Shown: positions 1-13,316 of the stretch, one piece after another
Position numbering within the stretch: the stretch's first letter is position 1
How the letters are laid out: every line of letters begins with the position of its first letter
Assembly: GCA_964016885.1 (NCBI GenBank)
Contig: OZ024742.1
Location: 112,344,001-112,408,000 of the forward strand
Source of the DNA: Eledone cirrhosa
Taxonomy: Eukaryota
DNA: 64,000 nt
Reading direction: 5' to 3'
Position numbers and translations under genes: made by a program
Notes under the pieces: model-generated
The model's database searches: none
Told to the model about the DNA's origin: nothing
What the model saw: the letters and a program-made list of their open reading frames with translations, nothing else

Positions 1-78
1 ACTTTTTTCCATATAAAACAAGTAACATTCAGAGGCCAACCAGATGTGAGAAAAACTACAGACCTTCCATCAACTCTA

Positions 79-114
79 CTTTTGAAAAGCAGAAAAACTG
101 CGAAACCGGTAAAG
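79..114 (+). ncRNA. Degenerate minimal type I hammerhead ribozyme
   Basis: CTT-TTGAAAA (core CTGAAGA mutated)-GCAG AAAAA CTGC (stem II)-GAAAC CG GTA-AAG. The region also has a direct repeat, ~143-190 / ~325-366. Confidence 0.45.
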
Positions 115-233
115 GAACGAAATAAATATATATATATTTTTTTAAATAAGACTACAGTTGCATTTTCGATTTCATCTTTTTTTTCTTTATACTTCCACTC
201 GGTTATTTTTCATTTTGTAAAAAAACCTCACTT

Positions 234-274
<41 letters not shown>

Positions 275-361
275 TGTAGGCGGGAAGCCGCTAGACTTGG
301 TTGAAGACTTCCTATATTAAAAAAAATAAGACTCCAGTTGCATTTTCGATTTCATCTCTTT

Positions 362-432
<71 letters not shown>

Positions 433-435
<3 letters not shown>

Positions 436-1381
436 CAGGTAAAATTCCCGAGATCCATGGACGAGTTCTCTCCAGCGGTCTCTGTCCATCATCATCATCA
501 TCATGTCCTGCGTCTCCCAGAGACCAAATGTCTGTCCTTAGGTCATCAATATATGTCAGCCGGTGTCTCCCTCTTATAGTTTGTCCGTGTAGAGGCTCCC
601 AAGAGAGTACCGAGTACATTGTCAACTCTGAATATCTGTGATCATGTCCAGCAAACTTCTATGTTACTTACGAGCTGACTGACATTTGGCGGGGCTCTCG
701 TACATTCATCGTCAGTGTACACTGACTAATATTCAGTTATCCTTAGCATTCTCGTGTAGCACCCATCCACCATCTGAGAGGGTTAGTGTCCAAATTTCAG
801 ACCCGTACAGTAGCACCGACTCCACTATTGCAAAGAAAAGACGGATCTTCAGTTCTTTACGAAAATCCACCTCCACACCGATCTTAAAATGTGGCACACC
901 GTCCAAGCTTTGCTCTTCCTCTCAGACACATCATCCTCTGTTCCCAATTGTTGCTCCCAGATACAGGAAGTCTTCAGCCAAGTCTAGCGGCTTCCCGCCT
1001 ACATTCATAAACTGGGGCTTCTTAAATTTCTCTACTAGATACTTCGCCTTAATCTCCATCTTTTTCAAACCCACACTCGCGACATAGTCTCCAACTTATG
1101 CCTCAACTCCACCGACTCTTTCACTGTGTTTGGCACCAGATGTATGTCGTCAGCCAATTCTGTGTCTGATATGTTTTTGGCCTTAATTCTCCTGCTCTGA
1201 GCAAGTGCCACAGTAAATGAAGAGTCATGGTGTTTCTCTAGCGCGAGTCACATAAAGGTACGGACCCATGTATCTCCCGTGATCATTCCGGCCAGTTTCT
1301 CAAAGTACTCTGTCCTCGCGTCAAGTGTAACGATTTGGTGTAGAGCAGTCATATCAGGCTCACTATCTTCTTGGCGATCCA
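433..1381 (-). mobile_element. RTE-clade LINE, 5'-truncated and degraded
   Basis: Minus-strand translation gives IVESVLLYGSEIWTL and WEPLHGQTIRGRHRLTYID, typical RTE RT C-terminal motifs. The 3' end abuts (TA)n, and the same 3' end recurs at ~30373 and ~40267. Confidence 0.85.
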
Positions 1382-1465
1382 TAAATATATATGTATATAT
1401 ATATATATATATATGGGATCCCCAAGAAGATAGTGAGCCTGATATGACTGCTCTACACCAACTCA

Positions 1466-1957
<492 letters not shown>

Positions 1958-2061
1958 ACATATTTATATATATACATATATAGATATTTATACATATATA
2001 TATATACATATATGTATATATATACATATATATGTATATATATATATACATATATAAATAC

Positions 2062-2091
<30 letters not shown>

Positions 2092-2092
<1 letters not shown>

Positions 2093-2589
2093 AATTCTCA
2101 AGGAATTTACCTTCTAATACCAGTACAAGAACTCTCCCTGCCACAGTCCACAAAGGTCGTCAAATCTTATTCAAACCATCATCTACACCTCTCACAACAC
2201 ACACACCCACATACACACCCACTCGAAACCCCACCATTTGCCGCTACTCTCTACGCTATAGAATATGTACGGATAGTGGCTGCAAATTCACCCATTTACC
2301 TAGGACAAAACGGACTATCCCCACAAACAGCCACCACCATAATACATACTCTAATTTAACACCAACACAACCACCAATAACTCAAACAAGGAATCCACAA
2401 ATCTGCCGCTTTTCCCTGCGAGACAGATTGTGTTTAGACCGGGATTGTCCCTTTACCCATCTCCCGGGGACCCGTCGGACAATAAGATTAAAAATAAAAG
2501 CAAAAACAAAAACCATAACCTACATAAAAATAACCACTACCACAGTCACCAACAGTCTTCTAAACAGGAAACTTCTTCCTCTTTTTTAG
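2092..2589 (+). pseudogene. LINE ORF1 C-terminal part with two tandem CCCH zinc fingers
   Basis: [19 protein letters not shown] and CRFSLRDRLCLDRDCPFTH (C-x8-C-x4-C-x3-H) directly upstream of ORF2. Confidence 0.75.
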
Positions 2590-2668
2590 CCATAATGAAT
2601 CTGGAAAAAAACATTCGAGCTATCACCCAGCACCACCCTCCACTATCACCCCACTGCACAAACTCCCA

Positions 2669-5656
2669 TTGCTGCCATTAACAAACAAACAAATTAACAA
2701 CACACCAAAACAATTAAAACCATCCACTCTCGCATCTACATTTTTGCTTAACGCCCAAGGCATCAGCCCTTCCACCAATACTAAAAAATGGAAGATCAAA
2801 TTCCTGGAGGACTGGATTGATGTACATCCAAACCACATCCCTTTCTTCGTCCTCACTGAAACCCATCTCAGTAACTTCCACGAGGTGAAAGTGAAAAATG
2901 TCAAAGCCATCCGTGCTGATCGCGCTGGCAGAAGAAAGGGCGGGACTGCCATTTATGTCCATAATTCTTTCTCAACAGAGGCTATGAACATATTCAGTAA
3001 TGGATACTGCGAAGCAGTCACTGTATTCAGTCAAACCAACAACCTAATAGTAGTTGGGCTCTATAGGCCACCCCAAACGCCTGTACCATGCTTCAAGGAA
3101 TGCCTCAACAGCATAAAGTGTTTCATCCAAGAGTGTCACCCTGACAACATCTTAATGATGGGGGACTTCAACCACCCCGGAGTTGACTGGTCCACAAACA
3201 GCCTGCCACCAGGTTCTTCTGCCTCAACCTCTGACAGGGAAGCAGTGGAATCGCTTCTTGACTTCATGGATGATTTCTTCCTGTCCCAACTGGTGCTCGA
3301 ACCAACGAGGTGCCACAAAAACGTCCTAGACTTAATTTTCAGCAATCACACTGACAATATCCACAATATTGCAGTGGAGAAAACTCTACTCTCTGATCAT
3401 GACATGGTTCTCTGTGATCTTAGATTCCACCGTCCAATATACAAACCCAATGTCATCTCTCCTGTCCATCCGTTTGACGCTATGGATTTCCACAATGCAA
3501 ACTGGGAAGCGTTCATTCATGATCTTGCACATGTCGACTGGTCCTTCACGCACACTCATACACCCACTAACATCAAAAAGTCCTGGCAGACATTTGTGGA
3601 CACTGTTACAAACATATGTGCAAAACACACCCCATTAACAACTATAAACAAATCTAAGAGCAGAATCCATAGAAATAGAAAAACGCTCATCAGGAAAATT
3701 AAGAGAACGAACAAAAAAATCAACAAGCTGAAATTCTGTCAGCAGCAACACATCAATTTGACTGCCATTTCATCACTAGAGATTAAAAAACATAACCTCC
3801 AAAACAACATGATGTCTATCATCGACAATCAGAGAAGAGCTGAAGAGGCCTGGGCCATTGAGAAGATCAAACACCAAAGTGTTCTTTTCATTTGCAAAAA
3901 AACACAAAATCACTGGCTCTACTGTTGGCCCTCTAATTGATGAAAATGGCACTCTTCAAGACAATGCTAAAACCATGGGTGAGATACTGCAGAAACAATA
4001 CTGCTCTGTTTTCAGCAATCCTGTATCGGCGATGTTACTCCCCATTACACCTTATCGGACATAACGTTTGGCGCCCCTGATGTCTTAGCGGCAATAAAGG
4101 AAATCAAGCATAATTCAGCAGTAGGTCCCGATAGGTTCCCTGCTTGTGTCTTGAAGGCGTGTCAACACCAACTTGCATCTCCACTTGCCAATCTGTGGCG
4201 GAACTCACTGGATGCTGGATATGTGCCAGAAAACCTTCTGTCCCAGTCTGTTGTTCCAGTTTTCAAAAAAGGAAACAAATCCCTTGCCGTGAATTACCGT
4301 CCAATCTCACTCACCTCTCATATCATTAAGGTATTTGAGAGAGTGGTGAGATCGCAAATGACCCACTTCCTTGAGAGTAACAATATGCTGAACTCCAACC
4401 AGCATGGATTCCGTAATGGAAGGGATTGCCTGACGCAGCTACTGCATCACTTTGATGACATTTTGAGAGCCTTGGGAGAGGGTTCCAACACTGATGTTAT
4501 CTACCTTGATTTCAGCAAGGCCTTTGACAGGGTTGATCACAACATTCTACTGAGAAAACTGTCCAATATTTGTGTCACTGGAAAGCTGCTGCAATGGATC
4601 AAGAACTTCCTGTCAAACAGAACCCAACATGTTGTAGTTGAAGGTGTCAAATCCAGCCCAGCCAAAGTCAGTAGTGGGGTCCCACAAGGCACTGTGTTAG
4701 GCCCACTTCTCTTCATCATCTATATTAATGACATCACTGACATCATCAAACACAGCAACATTAAAATTTTCGCTGATGATTCCAAGCTCCAAAAGGTCAT
4801 CAATGGCGTGGATGACCGGATAAGCCTTCAGTCAGGACTACTGGCTGTTACCCAATGGGCGGAAAAGAACAACATGTTACTGAACGAAGACAAATTCGAA
4901 CTGATCCACTTTGGGAAAGAGGATGCTCTGAAACTCCCGTACTCCCTTCCCTCCGGTGAAACTCTCGTGGCATCTAACAACATCAGAGACTTGGGAGTAA
5001 CCGTGGACAGCAACATAAGCTGGGCCACGCATATAAGCAGCAAAGTTGACATGGCCCGTAGAATGTGTTCCTGGATCCTCAGAACCTTCCAGTCGAGAGA
5101 TTCCCACACCATTATCCTTCTCTACTCTACTTTTGCCCGACCACACCTTGAATACTGTTGTCCACTGTGGTCTCCCCACACGAAACAAAGTATCATGAAA
5201 CTTGAAGCTCCTCAAAGGGCAATCACGAAAATGATAGATGGCATGTCAGACCTTGACTACTGGGGTCGACTAGAAAAGCTGAAACTTTACTCACTCCAAC
5301 GTCGCCGTGAGCGTTATATTATCTGCATGATGTGGAAAATGTTCCATCATCACTGCCCAAATGATGTTGGCATCGCCTTCAAAATACACCCAAGGCTTTG
5401 GCCCCGTGATATCCGTCCCCCCAAAAAATCTAAATCGCAACTCATAACAACAATACGGCACAATTATTTCACCTCAATTGGCCCTGCTCTCTTCAACATC
5501 ACACCAGGACACGTCAAAACAGAAAATGACCACACAAAATTCAAGAAGTCTTTGGACAAATTCCTCCAAGTAATCCCGGACAAACCACCCACACCCGAAT
5601 ATGTCTCCGCAAACAGTAATTCTCTTCTCGAATGGGCCATGGTGCCCAAATCCTGA
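2669..5656 (+). pseudogene. LINE ORF2 (apurinic endonuclease + reverse transcriptase) with about two frameshifts near 3870 and 4050
   Basis: Endonuclease: LNAQG, LTETHL, YRPP, MGDFN, LDLIF, SDH. RT: NYRPISL, QHGFR, YLDFSKAFD, GVPQGTVLGP, FADD, LQRRRERY. Confidence 0.93.
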
Positions 5657-5740
5657 ATTGAAAGACTTCGCCAGGTGGTGCTATTAAGTTAGACATGGCC
5701 TGGGCCAATACTGGCCAAAACATTTCAAAGTTATATACAC

Positions 5741-6501
<761 letters not shown>

Positions 6502-6588
6502 TATACATACGTAGGTCCCGGGTTGAGTCGGGGATAACCACAGTAAGTAAGGTACTCAATACATGGCAATACATGGTACTCAATACAT

Positions 6589-6641
6589 GAGCTTCCTGAA
6601 GATTTCATCTGAACGAAACAGTACTAGTCCTGTAGAAGCTC
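6589..6641 (+). ncRNA. Type I hammerhead ribozyme in a small PLE-derived element (6510-6660)
   Basis: GAGCTTC-CTGAAGA-TTTCATCTGAAC-GAA-ACAG(TACTAGTC)CTGT-A-GAAGCTC: stems I, II and III all pair; GTA cleavage triplet. Confidence 0.85.
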
Positions 6642-6660
6642 CTTCTATAAAATAAAAATA

Positions 6661-6780
<120 letters not shown>

Positions 6781-6789
6781 TATATACAG

Positions 6790-6836
<47 letters not shown>

Positions 6837-6837
6837 C

Positions 6838-6874
<37 letters not shown>

Positions 6875-6921
6875 TTAATATATAAATATATATATATATA
6901 TATATCTATATATATATATTA

Positions 6922-6968
<47 letters not shown>

Positions 6969-6977
6969 TATATACAG

Positions 6978-7022
<45 letters not shown>

Positions 7023-7149
7023 CATATATATATACATATATATATATTCATATATATATATATATACATATATATTTATATATATACACATAAATGTAAG
7101 TATGTATGTATATACACATATATATACATATATAAATATACATATATAT

Positions 7150-7215
<66 letters not shown>

Positions 7216-7251
7216 ATATATAGTTATGTAATAAACAACATAAGGCAATTA

Positions 7252-7312
7252 TTTCATCTACCAGTGGTTTCTTGAAAGCAAACAAATTTTGCTTTCAATC
7301 ATCAGAATGAAA
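7252..7312 (-). ncRNA. Type I hammerhead ribozyme
   Basis: Minus strand TTTCATT-CTGATGA-TTGAAAGCAAA ATTTG TTTGCTTTCAA-GAAAC CACTG GTA-GATGAAA. Confidence 0.88.
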
Positions 7313-7613
7313 AAATTCTGGTATATTTATTGACATTTGATTTTAAAAACAAAAATATAATCTATATGAAAGTGAGGCTGGAAAAGGAAGAAGGAAAGGA
7401 AAAATAAACACACATGCCCACACACACATACACAAACAATTACATACACACACATATATACATACACATATATATACATACATATACATATATATATATA
7501 TGCATACATACACATATACGTACACGCACAAATACGCATACATATATATATATATATTTATACATACACATATATATATATCAACATATCCATACATACA
7601 CATACACACACAC

Positions 7614-7656
<43 letters not shown>

Positions 7657-7940
7657 TATATATATATATATATACACATAATCATACATATATACACACG
7701 TACATACACACACATACATACACATATGTTATAAACGCATACATACGCATACACAAATATAAATATATGTACACACACCTACATACATATACACACACAC
7801 ATACATATAAATACTTACACACATACAGGTATGTGTGTAAAACTCATTCTTAGATGTATTCATTGAACCTTGTTTAGCTCTTAAATACATATATATATAT
7901 CTAGATGTATATATATACATTTATATCTATATATATATAC

Positions 7941-7971
<31 letters not shown>

Positions 7972-8120
7972 CATATACACACACACATAAATGATTATAT
8001 AAACATACACATATACACACACCCACACATATTTACAACAAGTTACGTCACCACCTTAATAAAGATACACACACACACACATATAAACAAACACACACAC
8101 GCACACACACATATAAACAA

Positions 8121-8179
<59 letters not shown>

Positions 8180-8760
8180 TGAGATTCTACAGGACTAGAA
8201 CTGTTTCATTCCTTAGAAATAAATATGCAAAAATAAAAAAAGGTGGGTGTGTAAAGGATAAGGTAGAAAGTAGGGGGGAAAAGGAAAATAAATGAGATAG
8301 GAAAAGGTTTAAATATAAGGGGAGATAAAGGAGAAAAAGAATATAAAAGTACAGAAAGTGAGTTCAGAAGTTAGAAAAATCGTAGTGGATGTAAGGCGTA
8401 GGGAGCAGAGAAGAATTTCAAGGTGGTTGAATCATCGTAAGAATGTCAATCCAGTTACAGATCAGATGTGATTTCAGATGAGGAGAACATCTGATGATCT
8501 CGGTTTTGGAATTCAGGCAAGTTGATGTGGTTTCCAAGTTTTGTAAAATCCTAAATTTTTCAGTGGTACACAAACAACAATTCTTTGTGCCCCTTTGGTA
8601 CTCCCTCGAATGATCTAAAATAGACCAATCGATAGAGTACGGGATGCTTTTATCCTTGAATTCCCACACCTTATTTCGACGAGCCGTTGCCTGTCCTTTT
8701 ATCGGACTGTTTAAAAGAAGCGACATGTGCATAAAACCTGGTTTTAACCCTTATGGTCCA
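8180..8760 (-). mobile_element. Naiad-like PLE 3' fragment (GIY-YIG C-terminus, 3' UTR, partial HHR)
   Basis: ORF 8418-8732 VWEFKDKSIPYSIDWSIL...CCLCTTEK...LNSKTEI...PH. The end at 8186-8220 matches the 3' half of the HHR at 6589. Confidence 0.8.
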
Positions 8761-8762
8761 TT

Positions 8763-8814
<52 letters not shown>

Positions 8815-8845
8815 TGGTTACACAACAGTTAGTTCACCATACAGA

Positions 8846-8878
8846 GAATAATTGTTTCACCTCGCGGATCTTCAGCTC
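8846..8878 (-). ncRNA. Probable degenerate minimal hammerhead
   Basis: Minus GAG-CTGAAGA-TCC GCGA GGT-GAAAC AA TTA-TTC; stems I and III are weak. Confidence 0.45.
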
Positions 8879-9870
8879 GAGATGTGTATGGTTATAGGAA
8901 CAAGAAGGACAACCGTACGAACGCGCATGCGCAGAAACTCGATCACTTCACACAGGCAATACTAGACTGCGTGCGGTGGTGCAAGGGAGATAACTGCGAA
9001 AGTCCGGAAATGTTTTTGGTTGAAAATAATATGAATAAAATTAAAAATAAAAATACAAAGAATCAGTCCGGACCTTGTAGCTATGCAATAGATGTTTGGT
9101 GACGTGTTGATAACGTGTGAACAATTCACCTCTCGTGTTTAGGCAATCACTATTGCGTAATCTCTTTAGGATAGTTATTCATTCGTAATATATATATTCT
9201 GTTTCCGCCAATCAGTTTGCGCCAATCAGTGTATATATTTTTTAAAGGTAGCTGTAACTATATCTATAGCTTTTTATAATGGATCTTGAAAACATTCTGG
9301 ATATTGCTTCAAACTCTGATATGATCTTTTCACGAAAGACTCGAATCCTCGTAGAAATTAAATAAATTATGCAATTTATTTTTGGTTTGTTTTAACTTAT
9401 TTTCTATATTTCTTTTTTATATAAATAATAATTTATATACCAATTTTATATTATGTTAGTATTTGCCCGAATGCCACTGTCTGTGACTTTGTCACAACAA
9501 TACACCTCCTTAATTAGTTTACGATAGATGTCTCGTACATAAATACGTTCACACTGAACAATATCAAAACTATGTAATATTTCATGCACTAATTATATAT
9601 CGTTTTTGACGAAAAAATAATTACCACACTTCAAATAACGTATTTTTGTGATCATATTTTTTCTAATTTCAAATCAACTTAGTTTAGCTATATAGTTTCA
9701 TCAATTGTAGTAGTTTACATTAACTACCTAATTATATTAAATCTAGATATTTTTGTATTTCCATTTTGATTTTTATCATTTAATTTTTTTTTTTTTTTTC
9801 TCATTCTTGAAAAATATATAAAACCAAGCATGCAGAAAATCAGATATCGTCTGTAAAAGCCGAAATATTT

Positions 9871-9975
9871 CACCGAGTTTAACTTTGCTTGTGATTCTTA
9901 CGGGGTCGATAAAATATAGTACCAGTAATGCACTGAATAATCGCTGGCTATGTGCCAAAAGTAGAAACAAGTATT
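9871..9975 (+). mobile_element. SINE fragment (octopus-type Nin-domain SINE)
   Basis: CTTTGC...GGGGTCGATAAAATA..TACCAG...GCTGGC..TGTGCCAAAA.TAGAAAC, shared with the copies at 16311, 46881 and 52757. Confidence 0.65.
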
Positions 9976-11088
9976 GTAAAATTTAATGTCCTGTTTGAAA
10001 TGTTCTACTCTACAAAACCTACCCTTAACCCTACCGTGTAGTTCTTACTGAATACTCTGTTCTATTTTCCCTCCACTGTAGTGTTAAATTATTTTTAAGC
10101 TACACAGTTCAGAAATGAGTACGAAATGATTGCAAATATGATTTTCTTGCAATTGCATATAATATGATATAGGATTACATACGGTGACTGGGGTATCATT
10201 CTATTGCTTATTAAGTATAGGATGGACATCGGCCATGACAGTTTTCTGAGAGAATGACATATGGCTGAAAAGTTAACATCAAAGCACCAAACTTGCGTAA
10301 ATGTTATTATTAGGGGGGTATATATTAGATGTGTTTATCGTACTACAATGTATTGAAATATATACTATATATATTGATTTACAATAAAAATTATCATTTA
10401 CTCTTTAAAAATAACCGCGTGAAAATGAGTATTAATATTTTAAATTCTCTTTAGAAGCCACACACACATTTACGTGCGAGTTTCGAGAGAATTACAATAC
10501 GGAAATCATTAGAACGTCAGATAGACTGCAATGCAGTATACTAACCTCTTCACTGAACTCACTGAATTAAAAGTCTTGCACTTCTTTGTGCTTTGGATAA
10601 AAAAGTACGAATCCGATACTAGGTCCTTTCTTCGTCTCTTTTTCTCATTATGCCAGTCTTGCGTAGAGTAAAATCGACTGTGTTTAGACTTGGATAATGA
10701 ATGGTTGCCGCTAGACTTGAAGTACCTAGTTCACGTCATTTGGAACACCGATGCCCCTATAGCTTTAGCAGATGTTACCTGCCCTTACATATAAACAAAT
10801 ATTAACCCGCAACATCAGAGTGAAGTCAGTGGGCCATAAACATATATTCAAATACTTACGAGTAACCCTTCATCTGGAGCAAATGAATTCGTTGTATGTA
10901 TTAATCGTATATCTTGCAAGCTCCCGTAGCTTTTAATTTCAACATATATTATTGCTTTATTGGATATTTGACAAAATGTCCTGTCACAAGTATTTAGCAG
11001 ATATACTGCTCTATATATGAGCTAATTAACCAACCCTCTATGCCTGCTGACTGCCTCTAAGAACCCTCCACCCCCATCTCTCTGCCCT

Positions 11089-11165
<77 letters not shown>

Positions 11166-11780
11166 TTGAGCATGCATGTATATATGATATTATAATACAA
11201 TTCATATTCATATTGAGGAAGCTGAAGGAGTGAATAACAATCTTTAAATAATATACCTAGATTATAACATGATCAAATTCCTATTCGCGTGTGGGCGGTG
11301 GTTTGCATTATAATCCACCAATCAGGTTCCACATCCAGATAGAAGACCAGTTCAAAGCGGAATGCAATTAAGTGACTGACCATTCATTTCTAATTATGTG
11401 CGCTTTCTTATCCACCATGCAAATGCACTGGAATGATTACTGGTCATGAGTGTAGTTTAGTTCATTCAAATTCTGTAAGAATCGATATTATTCACGTGCC
11501 CGTTAATGATTATATGACGAGTAAACCATTGACATAATTGATCCTAAGTGTATCCATCTCATATTACATGCAGCTAATCCACTAAAAATGAAAGAACGAC
11601 GCCATTAAGATTTCGACCATTCTGACTGGAGACATCTATATGAGTAGGCTAATAACATAGACTGGCTGTACTGAAAGCAATAAAGTTATATTTTACATAA
11701 AAAGAAGTTCTCGGAAGATGCAGAACAGTGGGATTGAAAGTTAAAAAGGATTACGTATTTTTATTATGGGAGAGATATTA

Positions 11781-11812
<32 letters not shown>

Positions 11813-11842
11813 CATACATACATATATATATATATATTTATG

Positions 11843-11972
<130 letters not shown>

Positions 11973-12002
11973 GATAGATAGATAGATAGAGAGATAGATA
12001 GA

Positions 12003-13310
12003 TCTCTTTATTTGCTAAAAGGGCGCACAACATAAGAGGACGATACAAATACATACCGGGGATTTTACATACAGTTTTTAAAAAATATAAAACAAACAAT
12101 TACAACAATCGAAATCCCAAATAGAGGGGCAGCGCCACAAATGGGTTGTTTTAATACCCCGTCGATAGAACAACCCTCAACTCCAGGAGCGTGTTGTGCA
12201 AGTGCTCCTTTTTCCCTTTTGCTCTCTTCTTTAACCTACAGGCTTATAAATAGAGAAGGGCCCCCCAATCACTTGGGCTATTTTCGCTTCATTCACCCAC
12301 CTTTCAGTAAATTTACTGGGGTGCAGTGCCTCTCTCTTTCCACTCTGATTCTACTAAAGTGATACTTAAAGAAGGGAATCAATTGTTGTCCGGAGATAAA
12401 GGCATCTGTCCTCAGTACTCTCAATCTCGTCCACCTTATAACTTCTTTCACCATAGCCACTATACAAAGGAAAACCGACTCTCTTTCGTTTTTGAAAGAG
12501 GCTGGTGGCTTGATCCTTACTATAGACTGGGCAGTCAACTAGATTTGTCCCATACGCGACAGAAGTTGTTCTGCATAGTTCCACAGGTCGGTTACGCCCG
12601 GGCAGTGTACAATTGCCTGCACAAATGTTTCAATGTCCTGCGCGCATCTTGGACACGTCCTCTTTGAAGGATCCGTACCTGTAGATCTTATCACGAACCG
12701 GTAGAGCTCCTCAGTAGCACTGCCAGGCCAGGGACATCTGGAAGTAGTCCATAGGTCCCGGGCTGAAAGTCCTACCAAAGAGACTGGTGAGCTCATCGTC
12801 TTCGACACCAACAGTCTCTCCGAGCACGTTGTCGCCCGTGTAACGTACAATCCCTCAATAGAATGTCGAAGTGGAGTCTCCACTGATTGGTCCGCCCGCC
12901 TGCCAGAGGACTGTGAGCGCATGAGCACATTGAATGTGCCAGGCAACCATCGTTTTCGGTCTTTTCAGCGAGACGGGCTGTGGGAGAGCCTGTCTCACAA
13001 ACCGTGCCCACGCCGGTTGGGGGGTCGCTGAGGAATAGCTGGAGATGCCGCAGCCTCAGCGCATGTTTGCGCATCATCAGCCAGGGCATTCCCATCCCTC
13101 CGTTGGAAGGGTACTGACAGCAGACGGATTTCCTCACCAGCGGAGCCTGCTTCTTCCACAGAAACTGGAAGAGCATGCGTTCCATCATGGCGAGGTATTC
13201 ACGGGGACAAGGCACGACAGTCAAGCGGAAGTAGATGACGGACGCTATGAAAGCGTTCGCCACTTCCGCTCGACCATTCAAGGACAGTTTTCACTCTGCC
13301 CATTTCCGTG
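12003..13310 (-). mobile_element. Tx1/L1-clade LINE 3' fragment
   Basis: Minus ORFs GRAEVANAFIASVIYFRLTVVPCP...FLWK...GGMGMP and zinc knuckle CPRC..DIET...IVHC. AATAAA then (TATC)n/(TA)n at the 3' end. Confidence 0.85.
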
Positions 13311-13316
13311 CTGAAA

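Larger units (their letters stand above)
2092..5735 (+). mobile_element. CR1/L2-group LINE, near full length, frameshifted
   Basis: ORF1 remnant, then APE endonuclease and RT, then a short 3' UTR ending at (CA)n/(TA)n. Confidence 0.9.

Noticed and set aside
686-1087. 133-aa plus-strand ORF and similar ORFs overlapping LINEs and PLEs
   Set aside because: Antisense shadows of retroelement coding sequence
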